Origin: Candidatus Magasanikbacteria bacterium CG11_big_fil_rev_8_21_14_0_20_39_34
GTDB taxonomy: Bacteria > Patescibacteriota > Patescibacteriia > Magasanikbacterales > UBA922
Length of the DNA stretch: 64,000 nucleotides
Reading direction: 5' to 3'
Assembly: GCA_002787355.1 (NCBI GenBank)
Contig: PCWN01000007.1
Coordinates: 184,996 to 248,995 of the forward strand
Shown: positions 1 to 7,818 of the stretch, piece after piece
Layout: every line of letters starts with the position of its first letter
How positions within the stretch are numbered: the first letter of the stretch is position 1
Position numbers and translations under genes: made by a program
The notes under the pieces: generated by a model
Told to the model about the DNA's origin: nothing
Database searches by the model: none
The model's input: the letters and a program-made list of their open reading frames with translations, nothing else

Positions 1-1374
1 CCTGTTGCACCAAACACCCCAACCAGTGATATTTCAGATCTCTACTTTAGTAAAGATACGGGAACACTGTATGTGCTCTATGATGGAGCAAACCGTCTGA
101 TTGAAATGGATCTTTCAGGAAATGTTATACAAGATTACAGTAATGTCCCCGTTGCAGATCAAGAAGGAGTGGTGATTGTTACTCATCATCCATCACTTTC
201 TGCTGATATTTATCTTGCTTCAGATAGTGGCAAACTTATTGGATGGTATTCTGGTTTTGCAGTTCGTTACTATGATGCAGATAAAGATGGTGTAGATCAC
301 TTTGTAGACTGTAATGATGCTGACCCTAGTATCTCCCAGGAACAAACCTTTTATCAAGACCTTGATGGTGATGGGCTGGGTTCTTCTGTAAGTGCGCTTT
401 TTTGCCAAAATACACCTCCAACAGGATATGTAGACAACTCAGATGATTTGGATGATAGCACACCGTACAAGCCAGAAGTAACGGGAGATTTGAATCTTCT
501 TCATGATGGAAATTTTGAAGAGGGAGGTATGTCCTCTTGGAAAGAGTATGGGACACCACTTATTGCAGAAAAGTTTCTAGAGACTGAAAAAAGTACGGGA
601 AATTCACAAGTAGTGCATCTTGTCACGAAAGCTGGGGCCGGTATTCAACAGCTTCATATTCCTGTTACTGCGGGTCATACCTATGAGTTAAGCTATGAGG
701 TACGTGTGGTACAAGGTGCATTGTATACCCGCTTAGGGGCAGGGGATTCCAACCATGATTTTGAGAACGTACAGCAAGTAGCAAAACTATCTTCTACTTA
801 TAGAGTTCAATCAAGACGCTTCGTTGCTCCTACAACAAACGATTTCCGATTGGTTATGGCTACTCGAGGAGAGGCAGATGTATATATAGATAATGTAAGT
901 ATAATTGAAGTGGATCCCAATAATTTGCTTTTAGATGCGGATTTTGAAGCAGAAAGTCCATGGACTTGGAAGAAGTATGCATTAGATCAAAGAGAAAAGG
1001 TTACCGATGATATCATCTTCGGAAATAAAAGTATGCATCTGTCTACTCCTCTTGCGACGGCAACGGGGGTACAGCAGACGGGTTTGTCCGTGAGTAAAGG
1101 AAAAAAGTATCGTTTACGTGTATTTTATAAAGTTAATTCCGGGAGACTTAATATTCGTTTGGGAGATAGAAATTCTAATTCTGATTTTCTTAGTGGCGAC
1201 CCTATCTTTTTTGATCTCATTCAAGATAGTTTTAAATTTAATACACGTGGTGAGTGGAAACTGTATACCAGGGATTTTGTCCCAAAAGAAGATTCAAATG
1301 ATTTTCGTTTAGTATTGAATCTCAAAAATGGTGAAGCCTGGCTGGACGATGTAAGTATTGTTGAGTTGCATTAA
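1..1374 (+). CDS. Partial (5' end outside window) secreted/surface protein: SdiA-regulated (YjiK-like) propeller segment, Asp-rich metal-binding repeats, two CBM4/9-like carbohydrate-binding domains
   Basis: Frame is open from base 1 (PVAPNTPTSDISDLYFSKDTGTLYVLYDGANRLIEMDLSG). Motifs DADKDGVDHFVDCND and FYQDLDGDGLG. Two repeats starting NLLxDgnFE and ending YIDNVSI / WLDDVSI. Confidence 0.65.
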   Translation, partial: PVAPNTPTSDISDLYFSKDTGTLYVLYDGANRLIEMDLSGNVIQDYSNVPVADQEGVVIVTHHPSLSADIYLASDSGKLIGWYSGFAVRYYDADKDGVDHFVDCNDADPSISQEQTFYQDLDGDGLGSSVSALFCQNTPPTGYVDNSDDLDDSTPYKPEVTGDLNLLHDGNFEEGGMSSWKEYGTPLIAEKFLETEKSTGNSQVVHLVTKAGAGIQQLHIPVTAGHTYELSYEVRVVQGALYTRLGAGDSNHDFENVQQVAKLSSTYRVQSRRFVAPTTNDFRLVMATRGEADVYIDNVSIIEVDPNNLLLDADFEAESPWTWKKYALDQREKVTDDIIFGNKSMHLSTPLATATGVQQTGLSVSKGKKYRLRVFYKVNSGRLNIRLGDRNSNSDFLSGDPIFFDLIQDSFKFNTRGEWKLYTRDFVPKEDSNDFRLVLNLKNGEAWLDDVSIVELH

Positions 1375-1406
1375 TTCTATACACAATTATTTCATAAATA
1401 AAAAAT

Positions 1407-1655
1407 ATGCATGAAAGAGAAACAGGTTTAAACCCATCAGAAACTTTGAAACAAGCCAAAGCACGAGCATTACGTTCTCTCGAGGAGGGAAATCTTCAAG
1501 GCGCAATTGATTCCATGGTATCAGATTTACAACGGGATCCAACTCGTCCTGATTTCCAAAAAAATATGATAACTGGAATGGCTCTTGCGTTAAAAGATGA
1601 TCCAGAACTTAATCGGAAAAAGGTAGAAGAATTTATTAATGGTTTTAATATGTAA
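1407..1655 (+). CDS. Hypothetical small helical protein
   Basis: 82-aa ORF with genome-typical composition, 9 nt upstream of the next gene. Confidence 0.6.
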   Translation: MHERETGLNPSETLKQAKARALRSLEEGNLQGAIDSMVSDLQRDPTRPDFQKNMITGMALALKDDPELNRKKVEEFINGFNM

Positions 1656-1664
1656 ATATTACGT

Positions 1665-1922
1665 ATGTCAGGATTAAAGCGTGCTTGGGATATTTTGTCT
1701 GATGAACAAAGGCAGGTTGCATTGGATGATATTATTGCTTTCTTTTATGAAAAAAGAGATGAAAAAATTGGCGTCATAGCGGCAAATGAAATTTTAGATT
1801 TCTTTTTACAAAGTGGAGGCAAATATTGTTATAAAAAGGGGGTAGATGATGCAAAAAAAATTCTCAAACAACGGTATGAAGATTTGGAAGTGGATTTGGA
1901 TCTTTTGTGGAATGCAAAATAA
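1665..1922 (+). CDS. DUF2164 family protein
   Basis: IIAFFYEKRDEKIGVIAANEILDFFL...YKKGVDDA pattern typical of DUF2164. Confidence 0.75.
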   Translation: MSGLKRAWDILSDEQRQVALDDIIAFFYEKRDEKIGVIAANEILDFFLQSGGKYCYKKGVDDAKKILKQRYEDLEVDLDLLWNAK

Positions 1923-1993
1923 ATTCTAAAAAATAAAAAAAGACAGAAGCCTTTTTTAAAAAATTTTGGTTGAGGAGGTGGGCATGATGGGAG

Positions 1994-2323
1994 TCAGGAG
2001 ATGGAGGGATTGAAGACATCCTTCAGGTCATGGTAGCTCTGCAGCCCGCTCTTGACTTGGTTGAGCTGTACGAGCACACCGTCGGGGAGGGCCCCCGCAG
2101 GGAGGTCCTTGAGGAAGACCTCGAGTGCCCGTAGAACACGGGAGTTGTCCGATGCGATGTCGAGGTTGGAGAGCTCACGGAGGAGCTCCTCACTCATCCT
2201 CGTGGTTTGGCGTTGGTAGTACCAACCGAAGACCAACCTGGTCAGCCAGTTCTCCTTCCTGTACTCCCGGGTGATCCTCGAGATGTCATCCATAATTTGC
2301 GAGGCATTTGCCATGGCGGTCAT
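1994..2323 (-). CDS. GC-rich orphan hypothetical protein
   Basis: 109-aa ORF, about 60% GC by hand count, GGAGGT just upstream of the ATG, TTGACA at 2373-2378 on the minus strand. Confidence 0.6.
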   Translation of the reverse strand: MTAMANASQIMDDISRITREYRKENWLTRLVFGWYYQRQTTRMSEELLRELSNLDIASDNSRVLRALEVFLKDLPAGALPDGVLVQLNQVKSGLQSYHDLKDVFNPSIS

Positions 2324-2391
2324 CTGACCTCCGTCGTAGTTCTATAATCTCTCTATCATAATTTCATGTTTTTGTCAAGAAATTTACATAC

Positions 2392-2418
2392 AAAAAAACA
2401 CCGTTCATCGGTGTTTTT
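2392..2418 (-). terminator. Intrinsic terminator after greA paralogue
   Basis: AAAAACACCG-TTCAT-CGGTGTTTTT. Confidence 0.7.
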
Positions 2419-2436
2419 CTTTTTATGAAAAAAAGT

Positions 2437-2934
2437 TTATTGTATATTTACAATAGTATATTCGGTGCTTCCGGCCGGAAGTTCTATAGAGATAGTATCA
2501 CCAATTTTTTTCCCAAGAAGTGCGGTTCCAAGAGGGGAACTATGAGAAATAATATTTTTTTGTGGGTCTGTCTCTTGTGAACCGAGGATATGAAAAATCT
2601 TTTCTTTTCCTCCTGTTTGTACCGTTACACTATGCCCAATTTGTACTTCATCAGAACTTTTTGGTTGTATAATTATGGCTGTGTGTATTTGGTGGTCTAG
2701 TTTGAGTATAGCGTTATTAATTCCTCTGAGTTTTCCTTTGGCAAGTTGGTATTCGGCATTTTCTGAAAAATCTCCAAGCTCTGCCAGGCGTGCTACTTCC
2801 TTTGCGGCATGAGGTTGGGTATTCAGCTTTAATCTTTTTAACTTTTTTTCAAGCTCATCAAATTTTTCCTGGCTCATCAGAGGGTCTTGTTTTATTTGAG
2901 AATATTTTCCAGGTTTTCTATAGGGAACTTGCAT
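2437..2934 (-). CDS. GreA/GreB family transcript cleavage factor (second paralogue)
   Basis: GDFSENAEY acidic finger and ISHSSPLGTALLGK. Likely start MQVPYRKPGK. Confidence 0.85.
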   Translation of the reverse strand: MQVPYRKPGKYSQIKQDPLMSQEKFDELEKKLKRLKLNTQPHAAKEVARLAELGDFSENAEYQLAKGKLRGINNAILKLDHQIHTAIIIQPKSSDEVQIGHSVTVQTGGKEKIFHILGSQETDPQKNIISHSSPLGTALLGKKIGDTISIELPAGSTEYTIVNIQ

Positions 2935-2998
2935 AAAGAATGGTATCAATAGAAAGAGCCCAGATTAGACTGAGCTCTTTCAAAAAAAGAATTGATTT

Positions 2999-3655
2999 TT
3001 ATTCTACGATAATTTTTCCTTTCATTCCATTTGCTCTGTGTTGACCTACACTACAGTAGTATTCAAATTCTCCGGTTTGCTCTGGAGTGAATTCTACAAA
3101 TGTCATTGGGTCTCCTTCACGGAGGTGTTTGGTATGTACATCAAGCTCGTCAACAACAAAGTCGTGATATCCCTGCTCACTCACGAATTCAATACGCACT
3201 TTTTCACCTTTCTTTACATGAAGTGTTGGATTTTCTACTCCGTCCATGAGGAAAAGGAAATTTTTACCAGAGAGTTTGATTGTTTGGTTCATTGCTGAGT
3301 TCATCATGTCACCTTCCATCATCTCAGTGTTGGTAGAGTGCATCATCTCTTCACCTTCCATCATCTCCGTATTGGTAGAATGCATCATCATGTCACTCTC
3401 CATCATTTCACTATTGGTTGCGTTCATCATGTCATCATCTTGCATCATGTGATCATCCCCGTCACCATCTGGATCCATCATGTCATCCATCATGTCGGAG
3501 TTTTCATGAGCTTTCATGTTATCAGTATCTTTTGTTTGTGGAGAGGTAGTTTGTGAACATCCAGAAAACAAAACGAGGGAAAACACCAATATAAGTGAGA
3601 GCGGTACAGCACTTCCGAGTACCATTTTTTTTGCAGAAGCTTCTCTTTGTGTCAT
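2999..3655 (-). CDS. Cupredoxin (type-1 blue copper) lipoprotein with Met-rich linker
   Basis: Lipobox LFSGC. Type-1 ligands H (GYHDF) and C-x4-H-x4-M (YYCSVGQHRANGM). Confidence 0.85.
   Translation of the reverse strand: MTQREASAKKMVLGSAVPLSLILVFSLVLFSGCSQTTSPQTKDTDNMKAHENSDMMDDMMDPDGDGDDHMMQDDDMMNATNSEMMESDMMMHSTNTEMMEGEEMMHSTNTEMMEGDMMNSAMNQTIKLSGKNFLFLMDGVENPTLHVKKGEKVRIEFVSEQGYHDFVVDELDVHTKHLREGDPMTFVEFTPEQTGEFEYYCSVGQHRANGMKGKIIVE
3302..3430 (-). repeat. Three imperfect ~39-42 bp coding tandem repeats (MM[HN][SA]TN[TS]EMME[GS])
   Basis: MMNATNSEMMESD / MMMHSTNTEMMEGEE / MMHSTNTEMMEGD. Confidence 0.8.
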
Positions 3656-3791
3656 AAATTTACAGTTATGTATAACGGGCTACGCTTTTGCCTCATTGGA
3701 AGGAGACAAAAGGCATTAAATGAAATAAGGTAGGAAGCTTGTACAGTATAATAAATTTTCCAAATACTGGCAAGAGGCAAATTGGGGAAAT

Positions 3792-4319
3792 TTATTGTGT
3801 AAAAAAGATATGATAAATATAGGCAACCACCGGATCAGCAGAAGGTCCATGCGCCATGGCTCCTCCGAGTGCTCCAGTGATGGTTAGCAGGATAAGAGTA
3901 AGGAGAGAAAGGGGGACGATAATCATGGGTTGAAGAAGAAACTGAGAAAATTTATAAAATGCCTGTATGGGTTTTGTTTTGAGGAACTGAACGGATTGCA
4001 ACATGGGAAGTTGAAATATAATAGGGAGAAGATAGGCAACTGCTATGATGGCATAAAGAGTAAGTGTTGCCGATGCAAAGGTATCGTGGTATTCAAGTAT
4101 AGGGTCTCCATAACGCGTTTCTTCAAGAATATTTCCGGCAAAATATGCGGGAAGTGCAAAAAGTACACCAATGACACTAAGAAAAATCTTAAGATGTTTT
4201 ACAAAAGGATTTTTTAATTTTTTGTTGAGACTTACTATTTCCAATAAGCTGTATAAGGTAAGAATCCCAATAGGAAGATGCACTATAGCAGGGTGCATGG
4301 ATCCAAATGCTGATAACAT
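3792..4319 (-). CDS. DUF2231-type membrane protein
   Basis: HPAIVHLPIG N-terminal motif, central His, TGALGGAMAHG, four TM segments. Confidence 0.75.
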   Translation of the reverse strand: MLSAFGSMHPAIVHLPIGILTLYSLLEIVSLNKKLKNPFVKHLKIFLSVIGVLFALPAYFAGNILEETRYGDPILEYHDTFASATLTLYAIIAVAYLLPIIFQLPMLQSVQFLKTKPIQAFYKFSQFLLQPMIIVPLSLLTLILLTITGALGGAMAHGPSADPVVAYIYHIFFTQ

Positions 4320-4407
4320 AAACTTCTGCTTATTTGTTTAGAACTTCATACGCCAGTATAGCACTTTTCAAAATTCAAGTGAATAAAAAGGAGAATATAT
4401 TTTCCCC

Positions 4408-4436
4408 TTGACAGATAGGAAAAAATATGATATAAA
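4408..4436 (+). promoter_or_regulatory. Sigma70-type promoter
   Basis: TTGACA-17 nt-TATAAA with TG extension. Confidence 0.6.
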
Positions 4437-4458
4437 TAGACAAAATAGTCCCCAAAAT

Positions 4459-4848
4459 ATGAACCAAATACAAACGGGACAATATAGACCGATGTCAAGC
4501 ATGGCATCGATACTCCTTCTGACCATATTGGCACAAGTTCTCCTTGTGCCTTTTTTTACCTTAAATTACGAAAAAAGCGAAAAAAATTCGTCACATGTCA
4601 TAAAAGACCACCGTCGTGAGTTGAGTGATAATGCAAAGAGAAATGAGAAAAAGGATAGCGTTTTGGACAAAAATCACCATGAAGAGGGTCATCATGGAAG
4701 TCATCCAGATCATACCGAAGAGGAAGAAGAAGGTATGAGAATATTTTTATCCTTAGAAAAAGAAAAGTTGGATAAGGTTACTTTTCAGCAAGAGATTCTT
4801 GAAAAAGAAAAGCGAAGGAATGGGATTCTCTTTTTTAGCATGGTATAG
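4459..4848 (+). CDS. Hypothetical single-TM protein with His/Glu-rich segment
   Basis: Hydrophobic ILLLTILAQVLLVPFF, then HHEEGHHGSHPDHTEEEEE. Has its own promoter. Confidence 0.55.
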   Translation: MNQIQTGQYRPMSSMASILLLTILAQVLLVPFFTLNYEKSEKNSSHVIKDHRRELSDNAKRNEKKDSVLDKNHHEEGHHGSHPDHTEEEEEGMRIFLSLEKEKLDKVTFQQEILEKEKRRNGILFFSMV

Positions 4849-4968
4849 AGGGTGTTATGTGTGTAAAAAAAGGGATGCTTATTTTTTGTGTTTCAAGTTT
4901 ATCCACTCCTTGTGTGAGAAGAAAGGTTCCCCTATAATAGATAAGTCAAAGAGAATAAAACAGAATGT

Positions 4969-5727
4969 ATGCACTTTGTAGCGTATTTAGTTTCTGCATT
5001 TTTAGCTGGAGTATTAACCTTTTTTGCTCCATGTACATTTCCTTTACTTCCGGGTTATTTAGGTTTTATTAGTGGTGCATCAGTGAAGGAAATTTCACAC
5101 GATAAAGATTTAAAAAGAAAAGTATTGAAAAATGCATTTCTGTATGTAATTGGATTTTCAGTCGTATTTATCATGATGGGGACACTCTTTGGCTTTTTGG
5201 GAGAGATTTTGGATGGAACAAGAGTTTGGTTAGAAAAGATTGGAGCCATTATTATTATTTTTTTTGGTTTGTACCTCATGCATATTTTTGATCTCAAAAT
5301 TCTTTACTTTTTGTCTGTTCAAAAAAAATTATCATTTATAAAGAGACTGACCCCAGGTAGACCCTTGAGTTCATTCCTTTTTGGAGTTTTTTTTGCACTT
5401 GGATGGACACCGTGTGTGGGACCCGTATTAGGTTCCATCCTTACTCTGGCAGCAACTTCCCAAGGAGCAAAAGAGGGAATGTTGTTACTTTTTGTATTTG
5501 CCACTGGGTTGGCGGTTCCTTTCCTTTTGGTTGCGGTCTTTGTTGGACAGGCGATGACACTTGTGAAAGAAATAAGTAAAATTTTGCCAATAATTTCATT
5601 CATTGGTGGAATGCTTCTCCTTATTATGGGGATATTGCTGCTTACCAATACCATTGCATATTGGATTGCTTGGATATATGATTCATTTTCTTTTCTCCAC
5701 TACCAAAGGATTCTTGACTATCTCTAA
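4969..5727 (+). CDS. ccdA: CcdA/DsbD-family membrane thiol-disulfide electron transporter
   Basis: FFAPCTFPLLP and GWTPCVGPVL conserved Cys motifs. Confidence 0.9.
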   Translation: MHFVAYLVSAFLAGVLTFFAPCTFPLLPGYLGFISGASVKEISHDKDLKRKVLKNAFLYVIGFSVVFIMMGTLFGFLGEILDGTRVWLEKIGAIIIIFFGLYLMHIFDLKILYFLSVQKKLSFIKRLTPGRPLSSFLFGVFFALGWTPCVGPVLGSILTLAATSQGAKEGMLLLFVFATGLAVPFLLVAVFVGQAMTLVKEISKILPIISFIGGMLLLIMGILLLTNTIAYWIAWIYDSFSFLHYQRILDYL

Positions 5728-5786
5728 AAAATTTGCGAGAATAGGAGCATAATATTTAGATTTTTTGTAAAATAAATAATCCTGTT

Positions 5787-6467
5787 ATGAAAAAAAGCAG
5801 AAGATTGAGTTCCATTTTTTTGTTTGTTGCCTTTGCTATGGTTCTTTCCATTACGGTTGGCTGTGCAAAAAAGGAAAATGTACAAGTAACATTACAAGAA
5901 CTTGCAAATTCATTTGATAATGCGCAGGAATATGCATTGCAATTTTCAAATGCGGAGGGAAGAAGTGTAGATGTGGCGCAAAGTAAGCTGGTATGGAAAG
6001 GGGGAACCATTGTTGGGACAGATCATAGTGGTACCGTGGATATACACGAGGGGCTAGTTTTTATTCAAGAAAATAAGATAGCAGGAGGAGAATTTGTAAT
6101 TGATATGTCTACGATAAAAGATGCAGATGGAAGTGAAAGACTTGAGGAACACTTAAAGGGTGATGACTTTTTTGTTGTAGATCAGTTTCCAGAAGCAACA
6201 TTTCAGATAACCTTGGTAAGGGAAACAGGAATAAAGGATGTGTACAATGTTTCAGGAGATTTGACCATCAAAAAGATAAAAAAATCAATTGTTTTTCCAG
6301 CTACTATAACAAGGTCAGAAGATGGTCACTTTAATGTAAAAGCAAATTTTCGTATTGACAGAACACAGTGGCATGTTGATTACAACTCAACTCGCTTTTT
6401 CAAACAGCTTGGAGATAAAGCCATCCGTGATGAGATAGAATTTGATCTTTCGTTACAAACAAAATAG
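5787..6467 (+). CDS. YceI-family lipid/polyisoprenoid-binding lipoprotein
   Basis: Lipobox TVGC; HLKGDDFF, FPEATF, GDLTIK, IDRTQW. Confidence 0.9.
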   Translation: MKKSRRLSSIFLFVAFAMVLSITVGCAKKENVQVTLQELANSFDNAQEYALQFSNAEGRSVDVAQSKLVWKGGTIVGTDHSGTVDIHEGLVFIQENKIAGGEFVIDMSTIKDADGSERLEEHLKGDDFFVVDQFPEATFQITLVRETGIKDVYNVSGDLTIKKIKKSIVFPATITRSEDGHFNVKANFRIDRTQWHVDYNSTRFFKQLGDKAIRDEIEFDLSLQTK

Positions 6468-6504
6468 TTTTGTTGGAGGCACCTGAAATACGGTGCTTTT
6501 TCAT

Positions 6505-7713
6505 ATGCAAAAGATACCTTTGAAAACAATTATTATCCTTCCATGCTTGGCTATCCTTTTTTCTGGATGTTCTTTCCATGTTTCGAAGAATGGGACAGAA
6601 ACGGTGGAGGCAAAAACGCAAGTACCAAAAGTAAAATTGGAAGATACTTTTGATATAGAAAAATATCAGGTAGAAGAGGGAGACACCTTTGCAAATATAA
6701 TGGCGAATTACGGAGTTTCTTATAGCGATATGCTTGATATTGTGAGTTCAAGTATGGAGATGTATGATCTTACAAAAGTAGTTGTAGGGCATGAGTTTCG
6801 TAAATATACAAAGGAAAAAAAGTTGATAAAAATTGAATATGATATTGATGCTGAAGATTATATCCTCATTGAAAAAAATTCTGAAGGAGTTGCAGTATCA
6901 AAAAAAACTATAGAGTATGAAGTAACCGTTACCTCTGCAAATGCAACTATAGATTCCTCTCTTTTTTTAGCAGGAAGTAAAGTTGGAATAAGTGATGAAA
7001 CTATTTTAGGAATGGCAGAAATTTTAGCATGGAACATTGACTTTGCAACACAGGTACAACAAGGCGATAGTTTTTCAGTAGTGTATGAGGAAAGAACACG
7101 AAATGGAAATCCTTCTCGGCCGGGGAATATTCTTGCTGTAAGTTTTACTAATTCTGGTGTGAAACATCAAGCATATAGGTTTGTAGATTCAAATGAAAAA
7201 GAAGGATATTACGATGAAAAGGGGAACTCTTTAGTTCGTCAATTTTTGCGTGCGCCACTTCACTATTCACGAATTACCTCTGGATTTGCCTATGCACGAT
7301 TCCACCCCATTTTAGGGAAAAATACACCGCATCGCGCCATTGATTACGCAGCGCCCGTGGGCACTCCGATCATGGCAACAGCAGATGGAACGGTAACCTT
7401 TGCGGGTTGGAGTACTATTGGATATGGAAATTTTATAGATGTCAAACATAATGGAATTTATTCGACACAATATGCCCACCTTTCACGTTTTGGTAAAGGT
7501 ATAAAAGCGGGGGCTCATGTACAGCAGGGACAGATTATAGGTTATGTTGGTTCCACAGGATACTCGACGGGGCCGCATTTGCATTATCAAATTAAGAAAA
7601 ATGGTCACTTGGTAAATCCACTAGAGATAGAGCTGCCGGCCGGGGATCCTATACCGGAAGATCAAAAAGAGGCATTTCAAAAATTTATTGAACCATATAA
7701 AGATCGTATCTAA
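6505..7713 (+). CDS. M23 metallopeptidase (MepM/Csd-like)
   Basis: HRAIDYAA (HxxxD), YAHLS, STGPHLHY. Confidence 0.9.
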   Translation: MQKIPLKTIIILPCLAILFSGCSFHVSKNGTETVEAKTQVPKVKLEDTFDIEKYQVEEGDTFANIMANYGVSYSDMLDIVSSSMEMYDLTKVVVGHEFRKYTKEKKLIKIEYDIDAEDYILIEKNSEGVAVSKKTIEYEVTVTSANATIDSSLFLAGSKVGISDETILGMAEILAWNIDFATQVQQGDSFSVVYEERTRNGNPSRPGNILAVSFTNSGVKHQAYRFVDSNEKEGYYDEKGNSLVRQFLRAPLHYSRITSGFAYARFHPILGKNTPHRAIDYAAPVGTPIMATADGTVTFAGWSTIGYGNFIDVKHNGIYSTQYAHLSRFGKGIKAGAHVQQGQIIGYVGSTGYSTGPHLHYQIKKNGHLVNPLEIELPAGDPIPEDQKEAFQKFIEPYKDRI

Positions 7714-7818
7714 AAAAGGGAACCGCAAGGAACCCTTTTTTCTTTGCTTATTTTAGCTATTTTCTTGACAAAAAAGGAAAAATATGATACACTCATGCAT
7801 TCTCTTAATTATGATGAT

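Noticed and set aside
1974-2013. Plus-strand GGAGGTG followed by ATGATG
   Set aside because: Encodes only MMGVRRWRD and has no promoter support; treated as the trailer of the minus-strand orphan.
2084-2091. KOPS-like GGGGAGGG pointing toward the dif-like site
   Set aside because: One occurrence inside a GC-rich orphan carries no statistical weight.
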